Shown here piece after piece: positions 1-13,424 of a stretch of 32,131 bases of DNA. Origin of the DNA: Tubiluchus corallicola (Eukaryota > Animalia > Priapulida); NCBI GenBank assembly GCA_030141605.1, contig JAQGDQ010001624.1, positions 1 through 32,131 on the forward strand, in the 5' to 3' direction. A program made the position numbers and the translations under genes. Position 1 is the first letter of the stretch; each line of letters opens with the position of its first letter. The notes beneath the pieces are model-generated. The model ran no database searches. It had not been told where the DNA came from and worked only from the letters and a program-made list of their open reading frames with translations.

Positions 1-1630
<1,630 letters not shown>

Positions 1631-1815
1631 GTCCTGATTTACATGTGTGTCTTGCCCTGTCACTGTGTCTTGCCTTGCAAGTGTGTGTTGCTTACAAGTG
1701 TGTGTTGCCTTACAAATGCATGTTGCATTACAAGTGTGTATTGCCTTGCAAGTGTGTCTTGCTCTGTAAGTGTGTCTTGCCTTACAAGTGTGTCCTGCCT
1801 TGCAGCTGTGTCTAG

Positions 1816-2095
1816 CAAAATTGTGGTTTTGTGGTTTTTTCCTGCGACTTTTTTGCTAAACAAAATTGTGACTTTTTTCCTGTGACTTTTTTGCTAGGCA
1901 AAATTGTGACTTTTTTCCTGTGACTTTTTTGCTAGGCAAAATTGTGACTCTTTTCCTGTGACTTTTTTGCTAGGCAAAATTGTGACTTTTTTCCTGTGAC
2001 TTTTTTGCTAGGCAAAATTGTGACTTTTTTCCTGTGACTTTTTTGCTCGGCAAAATTGTGACTTTTTTCCTGTGACTTTTTTTACTGGTCACAAT
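1816..2095. repeat. 38-bp tandem repeat, about 7 copies
   Basis: Unit GCAAAATTGTGACTTTTTTCCTGTGACTTTTTTGCTAG, with units starting at 1898 and 1936. Confidence 0.95.
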
Positions 2096-2504
2096 TTTTG
2101 TCTAACTGTAGAGTTTGAAAGTCAAGATTTTTTTAGTCTTTACGATATTTAGTCAACTTAGAAGTGTGTGGTTGGTACCTTTGCATGATTGATCGTACTA
2201 ACCTAGTTTCACCTGGAAGCTGCAAGCTAATCTGTTTATCATTGAGAATGTGATGATTAATCATTAATCAGGTAACTAAGGCTGCAGGTGCAGATAATAA
2301 TTAGCACAGATTTATGTCAGCTGTTTACTTATTGGCGTTAATAAGCAATAAGTGATGTTGATGAAACAGTAATGTCACGTGATTGAGGTTAAGGTGGTGA
2401 CTGAGGTAGGTGCAGACTTATTTTCACCTTGTTACCTCTTTTTGACGCTTTAAATGTACGATATGTACCTAGCAAGTGCAGGATCTTTATATGTTATTCC
2501 CAGG

Positions 2505-3129
2505 GTAAAGTAGAGCCAGACCCAATCTTCAACTGTAGATCAAAACAATCTACTCTTTAAAATATTGAAAGGAAACATACTGTCTTTTCAAAAATGATTT
2601 ACATGAAGGAATTATTACCTCACAAAGACAATTCGCCTTCGCGCCACTAGTTCTTCACTGTTACATGCATTTCGCTATTCGTTAATTAGACGGGCACTAG
2701 CGCTTGTATTTTGGAAATGCATTGTACAAAAAACAGGTGCTGTACCCCTCAGTTCACAGTTTTTGTTTGTGACGAACTGCACAGGTTCGACAGCACATGG
2801 GCAAGCATGGCGGTAAATTTGAAATTTGAATTTTTAACTTAAAACTTGCCTAGTTTTAGTACAAAACACTGAACACCTCACAGTAATGCTGTACTTCAAT
2901 TTTCTCTTTCGCAAACACATGCAACACGCTCGTGGAATATTATTGCTGTTGAAAATTATGTTAGTTTGTGATGTCATCAATAGCTGAGCTCACTCGCCGT
3001 TAATTAAGTTTTTAATCTACCATTTGTTTATCAGAAACGCTTTTGCAATATCAATTGTGTTAAAATGTGTACTGCTTATTGGACTTGAAAATGGGGTAGT
3101 ACATGAAAAATCACCCCGTCTTCCTTTAA
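2505..3129 (-). mobile_element. Kolobok/T2-like MITE, family A copy 1 (inverted relative to the other copies)
   Basis: Colinear with the reverse complement of 8280-8912 (e.g. GCGGTAAATTTGAAATTTGAATTTT and TAGACGGGCACTAG). Ends ...TCTTCCT-TTAA, and the left end is decayed. Confidence 0.8.
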
Positions 3130-3762
3130 TGTGTGTTGGTGCCTTAAGCACACCCAGCACCTGGTGCCCCGGCTGACTCCTTCACCTGTGGTACACCGTG
3201 CACTTTTTCGCATCTCAAAGCTTACGTACAAATTACGTTACATTATAATTACATTAATCAAACTCCATATGACACTTAAATTCTTTATTGACTTCAAACT
3301 GAAATTTCAGTTAAATAAATCAGCTACAAAAAAAGGTACGATACCCGCCAACAGCAAAAAATTGTCATTTACAGCACTAGAGGTCACTAGTTATTGCAAT
3401 GACGTAACTAAGGTAAACATTAAGGACATACTAAACAATGACATATATCTGTAACAATTTTCAATAGCATTATAGCTAATATTGTTATCAACTTTATTTA
3501 AATATTGTGTTAACATACTTTATTAAACTTCCCTGTTTTCAATTTATTTTGTCAGCTTGGTGCTTTGTTTGCTTATGTGTTAATCCAGCCCTGGATATCC
3601 CACTTCTGACACTTCGTCCAGTTTTCCCACACTTCCGATTAGAGGAAGTTGGCAAGGTGTTTTAGAGCAAACTAAGAGAAGCCAAGAATAACAAGTGTTA
3701 AAATTTTATGATTCAAAGTTTCTCCACTAAACGATCTAGGATGTTAGTGAAGGAAAGAAATG

Positions 3763-4080
3763 TTAAAGGAAAACAGGACAGTTTTTCACATGCTACCTCT
3801 TTCTGAATTATAGTAAAAAGTATATATTTTAACACCTGTAATAATACCAAAGTGATGCTGATAATTAAATAATAGGTAAAAAAAACTTAGTTAATGACCG
3901 GCGAGCCCAATTAGTGATGACGTCACAATTGAAAATAATTTTCAACAGCACAAGCATCCCACGAGGATATTGGACGTGTTTGCAAAAGCGAAAATTAAAC
4001 TACAGAGCTATTGTACAACGTTGATTGTGATATACAAAAACTTACAAAATGTTGAATTCCAAAATTAAAATTTCACAGCC
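3763..4080 (+). mobile_element. Kolobok/T2-like MITE, family A copy 2 (truncated)
   Basis: Starts TTAA-AGGAAAACAGGA and is colinear with the first half of the 8280 and 26423 copies (TATATATTTTAACAC, GTGATGACGTCAC). Confidence 0.75.
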
Positions 4081-4294
4081 ATTTAGTAATTTCGTAGTGC
4101 GCAGGTGCAGTTGCTGTAGGTCAAAGGTTAAATGTACTACAGCAATGCATTTTAACTACAACCGTCATATGATGTGTGGGAAAAACAAAGCCATCTGCCA
4201 CATCAGTTCAGTAAATTCAATCATTTTACTTATTTATGCACTAGTTTACACATAGAGTGATTTGCTAGCAGGATCTTGCTTGGGAACAAGAGAA

Positions 4295-4394
4295 AATGAA
4301 CTAGGTAAGATTCTAGCTAGCTGTTAAAACTGTTACTATTACAATAACATGGGCTGCTAGGTGTTGTCAAGTGTACACAAATGTGTTGCCTGGT

Positions 4395-4400
<6 letters not shown>
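4295..4400 (+). repeat. 106-bp diverged direct repeat, copy 1 (copy 2 at 6323-6428)
   Basis: AATGAACT(A/T)GGTAAG...AGCTAGCTGTTAAAACTG...GTACACAAATG...TGGTACACTT is present at both sites with equal length. Confidence 0.9.
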
Positions 4401-5907
<1,507 letters not shown>

Positions 5908-6943
5908 AAACTCCCTCGATGACAGTTAGATGCAGCCATTTTAACGGTAAGTCAGACGAAACAAGTTTAGATGAAGCTTGAAAGCATAATTAGAGCATTT
6001 ATATCACACTCTTTGTTAACTAAGCAAAAGTTTAAAATTAGTTTGCACCGTCAGTTAAATCAATAATGTGTTTTTTGGTGAAACAGTGTTGCATGCTGGG
6101 ATGCGACACAATGCCATTGTACCAAGCAGTTCGAACATTCTAAATTACTTAGAATTTTCTTTTCCAAACACATAAATCTTTAATCAAGTAGCAAAAATCG
6201 TCTATAAGTCATCAATTAAGCTTTTCTAGTTATTCACATATCCTGAATCATTGTGTTTTTCATTGTGTAGCCTGCACCTCAACTTCAATGTGGATTATCT
6301 CAGCTTAGAAATAACGTTGAACAATGAACTTGGTAAGGTTCCAGCTAGCTGTTAAAACTGCTACTATTACAATAGAATGGGCTGAGAGGCGTTGTCAAAT
6401 GTACACAAATGCATTGTCTGGTACACTTAATCTTTGCCATTTTCACAATCATCATCAATCACTGGAACTGTGAAAAGACCCATTCTTCATGGAATGGCTT
6501 ATTAACTACGGCTCCCTGGCAACCCTGCGCGTGCCCAAAATCCCTAATACGACACTTCCGAATGGCAGATTCTGGATAAATGCACACGGACAGACGTGGC
6601 GTTGCACACGGCTTCAGCTGCTTATTAGGGCTCTGGATGCAACTTAATCAAATCTGATTTTGCACTGGCTTCATATGCCGCTAATTGTCCATTTCCCAAC
6701 ATAACTGTGGTCCGCTTATAAATGATCAAGCTCAGCTGTCAAGGAAGCCACGCTCAGCTGTCAAGGAAGCCATGGACGAGAAATCCAATATGTGTCAGTT
6801 TTGCCTTAAATAATGACAGACGGGCTCAATTCAAACCTCATCCTTGCTGATTAGCAACTTAGAAGCAATTCTGAGACAACATTGTCAGCTCAACTGAATT
6901 TCAAATGACTTGGAGAGAAAACCGAGTGCAAAAAACAAGTTTC

Positions 6944-7448
6944 TGGTCGGAAAGAATTTCCAGAAAAAAATATTCGCCAGAAAAATTTACTTCCTAGAAA
7001 ACTTTTTTCCCAGAATAGCCATTTTCCAGAAATTTTTTCCCTAGAACCATTATTTAGTAGCGAATCCTGCTGATCTTTGCATGTACGCACGGCTTGGTGA
7101 TTGGCTACCAAAGTTAAGCAACGCAAAGCCTGGCAACTAATTTGTTGGGAAACTGCTTAAGAATATCACTCGTGTGCGCACGGCTTGCGATTCCCTGCCA
7201 AAGTTAAGCAATGCAAAGCCTGGCAACTAATTTGTTGGGAAACTGCTTAGGAATATCACTCGTGTGCAGTTATTTTTATTGTGATTCCAAATGATTTTGT
7301 TCTGTTTTATGGTAAATGTTTTTGTGAAATGAGTTTTCTAGAAAAAATATTTTCTGGCAAATTTTTTTCCGGAGTTGCTTTTCTGGAACAGCCATCATAT
7401 TTCTGTGAAAACAGCTTTCTGGGAAATATTTATTCCCGGAAATGGACC
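6944..7448. mobile_element. Decayed foldback-type MITE with subterminal repeat arrays and an internal ~90-bp tandem duplication (7087-7268)
   Basis: TTCCAGAAA-type repeats on the left and TTTCTGGAA-type on the right. Ends GGTC...GACC, with no clear target-site duplication. Confidence 0.45.
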
Positions 7449-8279
7449 TAAATTAAAGATTTCGTACATACCTCTTTATAATTGACGTACATATCGGCAC
7501 CATACTGTAACAAGACTTCACAGAGATCCGGCAAGCCAAATTTACAGGCAACTTGCAAAGGTGTTAATTCTTCCTGTAAAAACGAAGATAATTCAAGATA
7601 ATGAGTGACACAGGTGGAAATCTTCTAATAACAAAACTAATAATAAATAAACAGATACATATGCATTACATGTGCATCGATAATCAGTTTTTCTAATACA
7701 AAAATTTGATACAATTCATGAATTCTTCGCTAGAGACCTAAGAAGCTAGCTTATGGTAGGCCACTAGAATTAGTTACGAAAAAAATTACAATATATACAG
7801 ATACAATTTTACAATATATACAAATATAAATACGGGTGGGAAGTAATAAAAATATTATTATACTAGAGGGGAAGTTTTAGCTTTGAATTAGGTAAATAAA
7901 CGAACACTAGGTAGAATGTTCGTGCATTGTTTATTATAAAATTATAAACAATGTACTTATAAAAAAATTGTAAGGATTAAAGAAATTTATTTTACATATG
8001 TGTAGAATGATTCTGGCTTTTTCAGGTATGGAACATCTTTCACAAACTTTGTTTGGAGTGAACTAACAAATCAGGAATGAAAAGTCAAGGCCTGAGCAGC
8101 TAGGTTTATTTAATAGGTACTCGTGTCATTTCATAGGCAGGAAAAATACAAACAATTAGAAAATGAATTACATAAGAGACAGCTAGGTTAATGAATTTAG
8201 TTTCTCTCATAAACCATGCTTGTAGTCTGAGCTTTTTGCTACTTGCTAATGAGTGTTAATGATAATATTAATGATTCCT

Positions 8280-8912
8280 TTAAAGAAAAACAGGATGATT
8301 TTTTCATATACTATCTCGTTTTCAAATACAGTAAATAGTATATATTTTAACACAATTAATGCTGCAAAAGCGTTACTGGTAATTAAATAATAGATTAAAA
8401 ACTTAATTGATTGCAGGCAAGCCCAACTATTGATGACGTCACAAACGAACATAATATTCAACAGCAAAAATTTTTGGTGAGTGTGTTACTCGTGTTTGAG
8501 AAAGAAAAAATTGAAGTACAGTGCCACTGTTTCATATTCAGTGTGTTGTACTAAAACTGGAAAAGTTTTAAGATTAAAATTCAAATTTCAAATTTACCGC
8601 TGTGCTCACGCATGAGCTGTCAAATGTATGTAGTACATCACAAATTAACACATCTGAACTGAGACATACAGCACCTGTTTTTTTGTGCAATGCATTTCTA
8701 AAATGGAGGCACTAGTGCCCGTCTAACTAGCAAATGGCGAAATGCATGTAACAGCGAAGAATTAGTGGTGCGAACGTGAAATTGTTTTTCTGTGGTAATA
8801 ATTCTTTTACATAAGTCATTTTTGAACAAAAAAATGGCATGTTTCCTTTCAATATTTTAAAGAGTAGATTGTTTGGATCTACAGGCTAAGATTGGGTCCA
8901 GTTTTGCTTTAA
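8280..8912 (+). mobile_element. Kolobok/T2-like MITE, family A copy 3
   Basis: TTAA-AGAAAAACAGGA ... TCCAGTTTTGCT-TTAA. A TTAA target site with AG(G) termini is the Kolobok/T2-MITE signature. Confidence 0.85.
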
Positions 8913-9176
8913 AACGCCACTACTTTTATACACATTCGTACACTTTACATTTTAGAATGGCCGTCTAGTACTTGTTTTAGTTGTTTTGGTGACGTAATGG
9001 CCACTGTGACCTTCGACTGACATTGCAATACACAAAAGCATTTAATGATGCATCTCAGAAAAGGTCAAGCGCCCATACACTATTGGCCGCAATTGGGTGA
9101 CCACACATTCCTCTCTTCTGGGCCAGCATGTAGTTGTATAAATTTTGATTTGCAATAGTTGGTGATACAATGAGAA

Positions 9177-9333
9177 ACACTTGAGTATACATGAGTACAT
9201 GAGTACATGAGTATACATGAGTACACTTGAGTACATGAGTATACATGAGTACACTTGAGTACATGAGTATACATGAGTACACTTGAGTACATGAGTATAC
9301 ATGAGTACACTTGAGTACATGAGTATACATGAG
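9177..9333. repeat. 28-bp minisatellite (GAGTACAT-GAGTATACAT-GAGTACACTT)
   Basis: About 5.5 units built from 8-10 bp monomers. Confidence 0.93.
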
Positions 9334-9594
9334 CAGGAAGCAGCGCAAATGGTCCTCATTTTAACGTCTCACTTTCCAAACATCGAGGTCAAAACAATCG
9401 TAATCAATTGAGTATCCATCAAATCAATCAATCAAAATTCATTTCAAACCAATAAAATTGTTGCTTTCAATTCAAAGCCCAATAAATTATCACTTCCAAA
9501 CCATTAGTTTCAACTTTTCATGAATTTCCTGATTAGCCAAAAACAGACAATACTAAGCCACAGATGGATAAGCTTAAATATGTTATCAACTTGA

Positions 9595-10146
9595 CAGTTA
9601 TGCTACCTGACTAAACACCAACTTACCTGATTAAGTTGATCAACAAGAGCTCGAGCATTACACAGCATGTAAGCAAGCTGCACTGCCTGACTAAACACGA
9701 ACTCAGCAAACAGCTTCACAGTTATGCTACCTGACTAAACACCAACTCAGCAAACAGCTTCACAGTTATGCTACCTGACTAAACACCAACTTACCTGATT
9801 AAGTTGATCAACAAGAGCTCGAGCATTACGCAGCATGTAAGCAAGCTGCACTGCCTGACTAAACAAGAACTCAGCAAACAGCTTCACAGTTATGCTACCT
9901 GACTAAACACCAACTTACCTGATTGAGTTGATCAACAAGAGCCCAAGCATTACGCAGCATGTAAGCAAGCTGCACTGCCTGACTAAACACGAACTCAGCA
10001 AACAGCTTCACAGTTATGCTACCTGACTAAACACGAACTCAGCAAACAGCTTCACAGTTATGCTACCTGACTAAACACCAACTTACCTGATTAAGTTGAT
10101 CAACAAGAGCCCGGGCATTACACAGCATGTAAGCAAGCTGCACTGC
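9595..10146. repeat. Composite tandem array of 80-bp and 44-bp modules sharing the anchor CCTGACTAAACAC(C/G)AACT
   Basis: Anchor at 9606, 9686, 9730, 9774, 9854, 9898, 9978, 10022 and 10066. Confidence 0.93.
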
Positions 10147-10458
10147 CGATGATAAATGACCGTCATATTTTTCCGGATTCAACTCACAAGACTCTATTAA
10201 CAAATGAAGTGCACGCTTTTTCTCCTGTAAATTAAATAGAAAACTTCATTCATTTACTGAAAAATCATTGAAAAGGATGTAGCCAAGTAAATCGGTCACC
10301 CGGGAATTTTCCGTTTAGTAAGCAGCCATTTATTGACAAAAAAACTTGCAGAATAACAGCAAATTAGTGCATTTATCACACCTGAAAGGATAAGCCAAGT
10401 TGTCACGGCATGTACTTTGCCGAGAAATCGCTGAGGCCGATGAGCAAATAGTTAATTA

Positions 10459-10504
10459 TTGCCTGAACGTTTCGACTAGCTGCTGCTGTCATCATCAGTG
10501 GTAA
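10459..10504 (-). ncRNA. Minimal type I hammerhead ribozyme motif of Penelope-like retroelement type
   Basis: The minus strand reads ttacca-CTGATGA-T-GACAGC-agca-GCT-A-GTC-GAAA-CGT-TC-aggcaa. Both core boxes are intact, helix II folds, helix III is the palindromic AACGTT and helix I is imperfect. Confidence 0.6.
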
Positions 10505-10805
10505 ATTTACAAACATACAACCAGTTTATATAGGCAGAACCTTTTATGCACTAATTATGTATTTACAAAGAAGCCAAATAGGTAATAATTAAGCAGATCA
10601 GTAAAGAAACTGATACAGTAACATTCAGTTTTTACTCTTTCTGTGTCACTCTGCCGGAAGAAGCATCCGGCAGATGTCCAGTAAGATTTTGCAGTAAGAT
10701 AAGTATTGTATGCTTTAGTACTGTAACCAAATCTAACATGTTGCTTGTAGATGTTTTTAATACTTATTTTTTCATCTGCATTCGTGAATATATAATATGC
10801 ACTTC

Positions 10806-11284
10806 CTGTAGCGGATAGCCCTATAGGCTGAATAGGCTGAAGCCTAAGGCCCGGGATCAAAAGGGGCCCGGCAAAATAAAACGAAAAAAAAATTTTTTGA
10901 AAAAAAAATAAATTGACAAAAGAGCAAGGGGCTCTTTTTTCAAAAGTCAGTCACTATATTTCAAATCGGGTTTACACAAATCAAGTTTACACAATTTAAG
11001 TTTACACAATTCAAGTTTACACAATTTAAGTTTACACAATTCACGTTTACACAGTTTAAGTTTAAGTTCAAAATTTCAGTTTCCGAATTTTTCTGGGGGC
11101 AAAGTCATTTATAATTTCTGAAAAGTCCATTTTATCACAATCGGTGGGCAAAAACTCACAAAATTAAACAAACTTACAAACGACGAGAGCTCCACAAAAA
11201 CACGTCAGCTCAGCAGTGTAGCAACATTTAAAAGGCCCGTTCCAAGCTCAAGCCTAAGGCCCATAAAATCATAATCCGCCGCTG
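10806..11284. mobile_element. hAT-type MITE with internal 15-bp tandem repeat (about 10971-11060)
   Basis: Perfect 8-bp target-site duplication TGCACTTC (10798-10805 and 11285-11292). Imperfect terminal inverted repeats CTGTAGCGGAT / ATCCGCCGCTG, with AAGCCTAAGGCCC near both ends. Confidence 0.88.
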
Positions 11285-11899
11285 TGCACTTCATTAAAAG
11301 CACAGCAGTAACAGGTATAATAAATTAATAATGCAAAGCCAGTTCATCATCTCATGCCCATCACGTTTGATGTAGACACTGGGCAGGTAAACTCTAAAAT
11401 AAAAGAAATCTGTCCTTACGGGGGAAAATCCAGACAAAAACTAGACACTGCTATGCCAGCACCATTTCCGAGCGAATACTTACTGGGGTTCCAGCAATGC
11501 AAAACCAGTTGCATATCTAAACTAAAATCTGAAATTCGATTTGCTATGATTTTGCTTTTAAGTTCAAAACAAGGTCTCTTCAAGCTTATGTAACCATCAA
11601 ATTATGAAATCTAACACGGCCAAATTCTGTTTGTAATCAAAAAAGCAAGAATTGATTTTAAACTAATCTAGAATAAACAGTCATGTGAACGTACCTTTTC
11701 ATTTAAAGAAGCATGGTCTAAGTAATGTCTCGTTGCAGCTATATTTCCCTGTTTTATGGAAGTCTTCAAGCTTTCCTAAGAAAGAAAATCATTCTTAGTG
11801 TTTGGCAGAAACAGCTACAAACACACCATGAGGTTGAGGGACCAACACACCATGAGGTTGAGGGACCAACAAGAGAAATAAGAGGCCAAGTGACTTTCA

Positions 11900-12181
11900 A
11901 CCAGACGGTTTAGTCTACTGGTAATGCGTCTGCTTTCCATCTGGGAGGTCGTGAGTTCGAACCAGCGGCTTGGTCATACCAAAGACTTTAAAAATGGTAC
12001 CTGCTGTTGCCCTGCCTGACGCGTGTTATTTAGGGTAAAAGTGGGGTAATAATAGTCTCTGTTATGCAGTTGTAGGTTGTTATTTACAGTTGGCGATACC
12101 AGCTCTTTCAGCTAATGTTAATTGTTGACCCAAAATCCAACTTTAAATAAAGATTATTATTATTATTATTATTATTATTAT
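11900..12181 (+). mobile_element. tRNA-derived SINE, possibly Meta-domain (MetaSINE) type
   Basis: Box A TAGTCTACTGG, box B GAGTTCGAACC, central GTCATACCAAAGACTTTAAAAATGGTACCTGCTG, then AATAAA and an (ATT)n tail. The Meta-domain call is from memory of the motif. Confidence 0.85.
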
Positions 12182-12469
12182 AGTGACCAAAGATCCAAGT
12201 GACTCAGTTTTCACAATGCTGGCACATGGCTTCTAAGCATTCTGTGTTTTTAACTTGTGTTTGACTCAGCTGAAATACCATACGTAACTGTGAGACAAAT
12301 GAGTACTACAAGTCTGTACAGGAGAGTTCTTGTGCTTTACTTAAGTTAAACAGTTAATACATCACACCACTTACTGAAATTTCTTGTTCCTCTGCAACTT
12401 GCATTGCGAAATAAACGTCTGAGAATCAAAGGAATGAGGCAGCCAACTTGTATTTGCTGTAACTATGTC

Positions 12470-13155
12470 AGGCTTCCATCTTGTTCTTTCATTATAAGTG
12501 CCAGAACAACTGATTACGCGTCTATCTCAAAATCGAAGACACACTGGCTGATTGAAGCTAAAATCTCTATGATACTAATCCGTAACTTTTTAGTTCTACG
12601 AAGAACAAAACGCAAGCTGTGAAGTAAGATGATTTTACAATGAAGTACCGTACTTAAGTAGCGTAGCGTTTTTTATAGCACTAACTGCACACAAAAATTG
12701 CTATTGCACGATAGAAATAACATCACTATAACATGGCTGAGAATTTAGCACTTGTATACAACAAAAACATTAGCTCATGTCACTTTTTGTGTTAATAAGG
12801 TTCATCGCACAAAACGAAAATCACAGAGCGTTCCAGAAAAGTAACAGACGAGCAACACACTGTAACAAATAGCAAGGTTTGCTGGTAGTTTAAAAGTTTT
12901 GAACTGCAACAACGATACTGACGCGATGTAACAAAACCAACATCGCTCTTAGTCCTAACTCAGACTGAGACTGAATCCGATGAACATGCCGATGAATCTG
13001 CAAGCCAGCTGCCAGGCAGAGTAAACTTTTGTTTTCATTACCAACGACACCTCCATCACGACAGGCGCACCGCAAGAATTAAATGCAGAGACTGTAGTCA
13101 TTTCATTTACACGGCCAACACAGGCAAATATTTTCTCAGTATTTGCTTATGGTAA
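12470..13155 (+). pseudogene. Probable highly decayed piggyBac transposase, 3' half
   Basis: Fragmentary motifs in the expected order: SARTTDY.SIS...LIEAKISM, DDFTM, EI..HYN, then a degenerate Cys-rich tail FCFHYQRHLHHDRRTARIKCRDCSHFIYTANTGKYFLSIC*. Many stops and frameshifts. Confidence 0.4.
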
Positions 13156-13194
13156 TCATTAAAATTAATCTAGATGGAAAAATCTGTAAAAAAT

Positions 13195-13424
<230 letters not shown>

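Noticed and set aside
3556-3656. Possible exon WCFVCLCVNPALDIPLLTLRPVFPHFRLEEVGK in the inverted-repeat spacer
   Set aside because: Weak donor (gtgttt), no partner exons and no recognisable homology.
9595-10146. CRISPR-like repeat-spacer pattern
   Set aside because: Only two recurring spacer types, no cas genes and a eukaryotic context.
11900-11975. tRNA gene
   Set aside because: Box A and B are present but the cloverleaf is not intact, and the sequence continues into a SINE body and tail.
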